NCBI RefSeq assembly: GCF_006345805.1
Contig: NW_021826320.1
Location: 1-13,058 of the forward strand
Reading direction: 5' to 3'
DNA length: 13,058 nt
From: Octopus sinensis
Taxonomy: Eukaryota
The position numbers and the translations under genes are program-made. Below are positions 7,955 through 13,058 of the stretch, piece by piece (within the stretch, counting starts at the first letter, position 1; every line of letters begins with the position of its first letter). The notes beneath the pieces were generated by a model. It had not been told where the DNA came from, did not search any database, and saw nothing but the letters and a program-made list of their open reading frames with translations.

Positions 7955-7994
7955 ATTATATATATATATTATATATATATAGTATATATATATG

Positions 7995-8047
<53 letters not shown>

Positions 8048-8081
8048 GTATATATATGTAATATATATATATGTATATATA

Positions 8082-8149
<68 letters not shown>

Positions 8150-8379
8150 GTATATATATATATGTATATATATATATGTATATATATATATGTATATATA
8201 TATATGTATATATATATATGTATATATATGTATATTAATATATGTATTATATATGTATATGTATATATATATGTATATATAATATATATGTATATATATA
8301 TATGTATATATATGTATATGTATATATATATATATTATTATATATATATGTATATATATATATGTATATATATATATGT

Positions 8380-8425
<46 letters not shown>

Positions 8426-8887
8426 GTATATATATATATGTATATATTATATATGTATATATATATATGTGTATATTATATATATTATATATATTATGTA
8501 TATATATATATATGTGTATATATATATATGTGTATATATATATGGATATATATATATGTGTATATATATATATGTGTATATATATATATGTGTATATATA
8601 TATATGTGTATATATATTGTGTTATATATATATGTTGTATATATATATATATGTATATATATGTGTATATATGGTATATATATGTATATATATGTGTATA
8701 TATATATATATGTGTTATATGTATATATATATATTTATGTATATGTATATATATATATTATATATGTATATGATATATGTATATGTATATATATATATAT
8801 GTATATGTATATGTATATATGTATATATATGTATATGTATATGTATATGTATATATATGTATATGTATATGTATATGTATATATATG

Positions 8888-8930
<43 letters not shown>
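7891..8930. repeat. About 1.04-kb degenerate (TA)n / (TATG) tract
   Basis: Almost entirely T, A and interspersed G; explains all IY/YI-rich ORFs between 7913 and 8999. Confidence 0.98.
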
Positions 8931-8931
<1 letters not shown>

Positions 8932-9211
8932 GTGAGACAATGAAGAAGAAAAAGAATATAAAGAAAGGAATGAGCATTAAAAAAAATTTTTTTTTGTAAT
9001 GATAGAAGGCGGGGGATATTGAAGCTTAAGTAGATTAATTTAAACTGTCTGTTCTAATCTGGATTAACGAATGAAGACAAAAGACAAAGGAGCTGTTAGT
9101 TTTTGTTGTAGAATGAAATGTTGACGACAAATTGGTGAAATAACAAACAATTTCGTCACACCGATATCAAGTTAGATCTGTATCTTGAGGGAAGGTTTTT
9201 TTTTTCGCAGC

Positions 9212-9640
9212 TAGTCGGTTGGTTGGTTGGTCGGCTGGTTGGGTTGTCGTTTGTGATGTTGGTGGTTTGTTTGTTTGTTTGTTGAGCTAAGCGGTCTTCG
9301 TCCCTGTAGTGGGAGAAGTCCCGCAACGTGGTCCTTTGCTATTCGTAAGACCCGCAGAAGAGAAAGCAGGTCAACCCCCCCACACCGAGAGCATCGACGG
9401 ATGGATGAATGCGCATCCAAGCTCAGCGGGTGCGTAGGAGGTCGGGGACAAGAAACAGGAAGAAAGAGTGAGAGAAAGTTGGGGGCGAAAGAGTACAACA
9501 GGGGTCGCCATCACCTCTGCCGGAGCCTCGTGGAGCTTTAGGTGTTTTCGTGGTCCTTTGCTATTCGTAAGACCCGCAGAAGAGAAAGTAGGTCAACCCC
9601 CGACACTGAGAGCATCGACGGATGGATGAATGCGCATCCA
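9212..9640 (-). mobile_element. Headless SINE (family E) with an internal 92-93 bp duplication and a (CAAA)/(CCAA) tail
   Basis: Body aaaacacctaaagctccacgaggctccggcag.. resembles an octopus tRNA-Arg-type (OR-like) SINE body, by recall. Direct repeats at 9327-9419 and 9549-9640; simple-repeat tail at 9212-9283. Confidence 0.65.
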
Positions 9641-9668
9641 TAGGTAGGTAGGTAGGTAGGTAGGTAGG

Positions 9669-9705
<37 letters not shown>
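9641..9705. repeat. (TAGG)n(TAGA)n microsatellite
   Basis: Direct reading. Confidence 0.95.
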
Positions 9706-9706
<1 letters not shown>

Positions 9707-9737
9707 TCAAACAAACATGCACATACAAATACTTATA

Positions 9738-9888
9738 TACGAGGGTTGCTAAAATGTTCAGGGCTTAGAAAAACTGAAGGACCGCTGTAATAAGTGTGTG
9801 AATCTAAGAGGAGAATAAAATCATAATTGCTTGATCCTCTTGTATTTTCTTTTACCCAAAGCCAGGAACTTTTTAGCACACCCTCATA
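9738..9888 (+). mobile_element. Mariner-derived MITE, internally deleted copy
   Basis: TA-CGAGGGttgctaaaatgtt at the left and aactttttagcacaCCCTCA-TA at the right form terminal inverted repeats with TA ends. The interior matches 9985-10126. Confidence 0.85.
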
Positions 9889-9903
9889 TATATACATATA
9901 CAC

Positions 9904-10126
9904 TCAAAGTGATGCAGAAATATTTCTGGCTTTAATGGCATTGTGAAAGACTTGGTTGGGGGCCCAACCTTCCGAGTTCTTTTACAGGGCTTAGAGAAAC
10001 TGAAGGACCGCTGCAATAAGTGTGTGAATCTGAGAGGGGAATATGTTGAATAAAATTATAATTCACTGATCCTCATCCTGTAGTTTCTTTTACCCAGAGC
10101 CAGGAACTTTTCAGCGGCCACTCGTA
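9904..10126 (+). mobile_element. Mariner-derived MITE with transposase C-terminal remnant
   Basis: Right TIR gccaggaacttttcagcggccactcg-TA; degenerate left TIR ..gcagaaatatttctggc. Start position approximate. Confidence 0.8.
9943..10053 (+). pseudogene. Mariner transposase C-terminus remnant (frameshifted)
   Basis: 9985-10053 reads QGLEKLKDRCNKCVNLRGEYVE*. With two single-base frame corrections the upstream part reads VKTWLGAQPSEF. This matches the mariner C-terminal pattern WL..QP.EF..G+.KL..R..KC+...G.YVE. Confidence 0.8.
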
Positions 10127-10296
10127 TGTGTGTCCGTTTGTGTGTTTGTATGATAAAAAGGAAAGTGTGTAGGTCTAAACATCGATACACGCGCAGTCAA
10201 CAATGTCGTTCTAATTCAAATGCGAGTCCATTACATTGCTTATTAGGAAAAAATTACGTAAATTGGGATTCCTGATTACGGCCACCATTTATCAAA

Positions 10297-10560
10297 TACA
10301 CACAACACACCAAACCCAAACACACAAACACACACACAACACACAACAACACACACCACAACAACACACACACGAACACACAACAACACACAAAACAACA
10401 CCACACACAAACACAAACACACACACAACACACACACACACACACACACACGACACACACAACAAACACACACCACACACAAACACACACACACACCACA
10501 CACACACACACACACACAAACACACATACACACAACACACACACACACACACACACACAT
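10297..10560. repeat. Degenerate (CA)/(CAA)/(CAAA) microsatellite
   Basis: Direct reading; explains the Cys/Val-rich ORFs. Confidence 0.95.
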
Positions 10561-10789
10561 GTACGAACTTCAACGATGTTTTCTTCATAGATGCAAGAAT
10601 TGTAATCATTTACAAATTTTGATTTGCAAATCACTTTTTTCCGTTGTATTTGCATTCATTTACATATCTTAGCATCTTCGCCACGTTAATACATGTCTAA
10701 CATAATACAGCACTAATATAAATGGACGCCGTCAACAAAACCGCTTGTAATATCTTCCATTTTTATGAGAGACAGCTGGGAGGACGGCA

Positions 10790-10795
10790 TATATT

Positions 10796-10863
<68 letters not shown>
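10790..10863. repeat. Pure (TA)n tract
   Basis: Direct reading. Confidence 0.97.
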
Positions 10864-10866
<3 letters not shown>

Positions 10867-11040
10867 CTGCTGCTACATATACTCAACTTTAATGATCCTC
10901 AGTTTTAAAAACTTGCAGGGTGTGTGTGTATGTGTTCTGTTAAGCAATAAACGACGACGAACGAATGGATTTTAAATTTTCCGTCATGTGTCCTGGACGT
11001 TGGTGTGTCTTCTAATTTATGAATCCTGGACGTATTTGTT

Positions 11041-11295
11041 TGTATGTATACACACAGACACACACATATATATATTTATATATAATATATATATAATATA
11101 TATTATATATATATACATATGCATATACATACATACAAACATATATATACAGTCAGACATAGATACATACACACATACAATCATACATACATACATTCAT
11201 GCATACATACATGCATACACATATATATATATGCATACATGCATAGTCGTACATACATACATTCATATGTGCATACATATATATACATGCCATAC

Positions 11296-11327
<32 letters not shown>

Positions 11328-11614
11328 TATACATATGCATACATACATACATACATACATACATACATGCATACATATATACATATATACGTACATGCAT
11401 ACATATATACATACATATATGCATACATACATAGTCGTACATACATTCATATATGCATACATATATACATGCCTTACATATATATATACATATATGCATG
11501 CATACATACATATACGCATACATACATACATACATACATACATACATACATACATACATACATACATACATACATACATACATACATACATACGGACAGA
11601 CAGACAGACATATA

Positions 11615-11650
<36 letters not shown>
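11041..11650. repeat. Compound (TACA)n/(TA)n/(GACA) microsatellite with a higher-order duplication
   Basis: The rare motif catagtcgtacatac recurs at 11242 and 11430. Confidence 0.95.
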
Positions 11651-12007
11651 AAGTGAGAAAAAGGGAGAGAGATTCAAATGCCCCTTCGATATTTCAGATT
11701 TCTGACCTTTTACCAATATCAGAATTCAATGTTGCTTTTTCATTTTTATTGCTACTTTATTTGTATGTTGTTTATTATTTTTCTTTATCATTCCTCGTTG
11801 TTTGTTTGTTTGTTTTTTTTTGTTTTTTCCTTTGTTTTCTTTTCGTTTTCGATTCAAATCTAACCTGCGAAAACTTCTCTATATATTCAAAAAAAAAAAA
11901 AAAAAAAGGAATAAAAATTATTTATTTCTATATAATTTCGACATCGGTAAAATAATAGATTATTTACGATATTGAGAATACAATATAATCGATTGGCTGA
12001 TCATTCC

Positions 12008-12248
12008 TGGTGATAATAATAATGGCGGCGGCGGTGGTGGTGGTGGTGGTGGTGATGATGGTGGTGGTGGTGATGATGGTGGTGGTGGTGGTGGTGATGG
12101 TGGTGGTGATGATGGTGGTGGTGGTGATGGTGGTCGCAGTCGTCGTCATCATGACGATGGTGATGGCGATAGTGTTGGTGATAGTGACAGTGATGGTGAT
12201 GATGTTGGTAATGGTTATGATAGCGATGATGATGATGGTGTTGAAGAT
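12008..12248. repeat. (GTG)/(ATG) trinucleotide microsatellite
   Basis: Direct reading; source of the poly-His, poly-Thr and poly-Val ORFs. Confidence 0.95.
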
Positions 12249-12549
12249 ATGTTTCTTTATTAGCCACACAGGGCTGCACACAGATAGAACAAATTACAAG
12301 GTAGAGCATTTCTTTTGGGGGGGTAAAAAAAAAAGAAAAAAAAGAAATATAACATGTGACTTCATTGACCGAGGTTACCGTGGTCTTTTCCGTAGGCTTT
12401 TCTTTCCACGGGTAAACCTCACCTGTCCTCCCCTTTACACTTCATATTGACATTTCTGTGATAACGATCCCTATTGATCAATTTTTTTTCCTCTCCCCCT
12501 TTTTTTTTAACCCCCCCTTTTTTTTGTCCTCTTTCTCTCCTTTTACGAT
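12249..12549 (-). mobile_element. Tx1/L1-like LINE 3' end, copy 3, with 5' inversion and TSD
   Basis: 12249-12334 is the antisense of copy-2 positions 6896-6977, while about 12335-12549 is the sense of 6639-6869. TSD gatggtgttga at 12234-12244 and 12547-12557. Confidence 0.9.
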
Positions 12550-12635
12550 GGTGTTGATGATGATCATTATCAAAAGCGACGGATAATGTTTGCATTAAAT
12601 TTCTCTAGGGTGGGGAGTGGGTGAGTGAACGATAA

Positions 12636-12956
12636 TTCAACCCCAGGACTTACTTTATATATCATTTTTTAAGCCGAGTATTTATTCTATCGGTCCCTTT
12701 TGCCGAACTGCTAAGTGACGGGGATGTAAACACACCAACACTGGTTGTCAAGTAGTGATGGAGGGGCACAGACACACACACATACACACACACATATATA
12801 TACGACGGGTTTCTTTCAGTTTCCATCCACCAAATCCACTCACAAAGCTTTGGTCGGCCCGAGATTATAATAAAAAAAAAACTTGGCCAAGGTGCCACAC
12901 AGTGGAACTGAACCCGGAACCATGTGGTTCGGAAGCAAGCTTCTTACCACACAGCC
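12636..12956 (-). mobile_element. SINE family A, near full length (terminal 3' tail not recognisable)
   Basis: Colinear with about 2604-2917, including the internal microsatellite. Confidence 0.9.
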
Positions 12957-12995
12957 AATTGTGTATGTATGTATGTGTGTGTGTAGAGTGGGACT

Positions 12996-13058
12996 CTTTC
13001 AGTTTCTGTCTATCATTTTCACTCACAAAACACTGGTCGACCTGAGGCCATAGTAGAA
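12996..13058 (-). mobile_element. SINE family A fragment, cut by the window end
   Basis: ctttcagtttctgtc..cactcacaa..ggtcgacctgaggccatagtagaa aligns to 2776-2838. Confidence 0.85.

Noticed and set aside
7913-8999. Long Ile/Tyr-rich ORFs (up to 286 aa)
   Set aside because: Translations of the (TA)n tract.
9196-9210. Strong-looking plus-strand splice acceptor (T-run + cgcag)
   Set aside because: Followed by the SINE simple-repeat tail; no plausible exon or donor.
9327-9640. Solo LTR pair, tRNA gene or ribozyme in the direct repeats
   Set aside because: No TG..CA ends, PBS or PPT, no cloverleaf and no hammerhead core; better explained as a rearranged SINE.
12001-12450. Poly-His, poly-Thr and poly-Val ORFs
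   Set aside because: A trinucleotide microsatellite fused to LINE UTR sequence, interrupted by the insertion; there are no splice or homology cues.
12608-12625. Possible G-quadruplex gggtggggagtgggtgag
   Set aside because: Only three G3 runs.

Overview
Eukaryotic, AT-rich, repeat-saturated non-coding DNA (intronic or intergenic). No protein-coding gene is supported: almost all ORFs in the track are translations of microsatellites. The interspersed repeats match, from my recall of the families and not from a database search, the abundant repeats of octopus (cephalopod) genomes. Contents: about nine tRNA-derived SINE copies from at least five families, three 3' ends of a Tx1/L1-clade LINE, a complete non-autonomous Helitron, two mariner-derived MITEs, a Penelope-like terminal fragment with a hammerhead-like fold, a 179-bp palindromic element and many micro/minisatellites. 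The most interesting structure is in the LINE biology. (i) The copy at 12249-12549 has a 5' inversion with a target-site duplication and microhomologies, as expected from twin priming. (ii) All three LINE copies end at ATCT inside ATC-containing microsatellites. (iii) One SINE (7658-7890) shares 34 of its last 42 nt with the LINE 3' end, which suggests a SINE/Tx1 partnership. Two hammerhead-ribozyme-like motifs with non-canonical cores are also present. All family names are recognition-level calls and need RepeatMasker/Dfam/Repbase confirmation.
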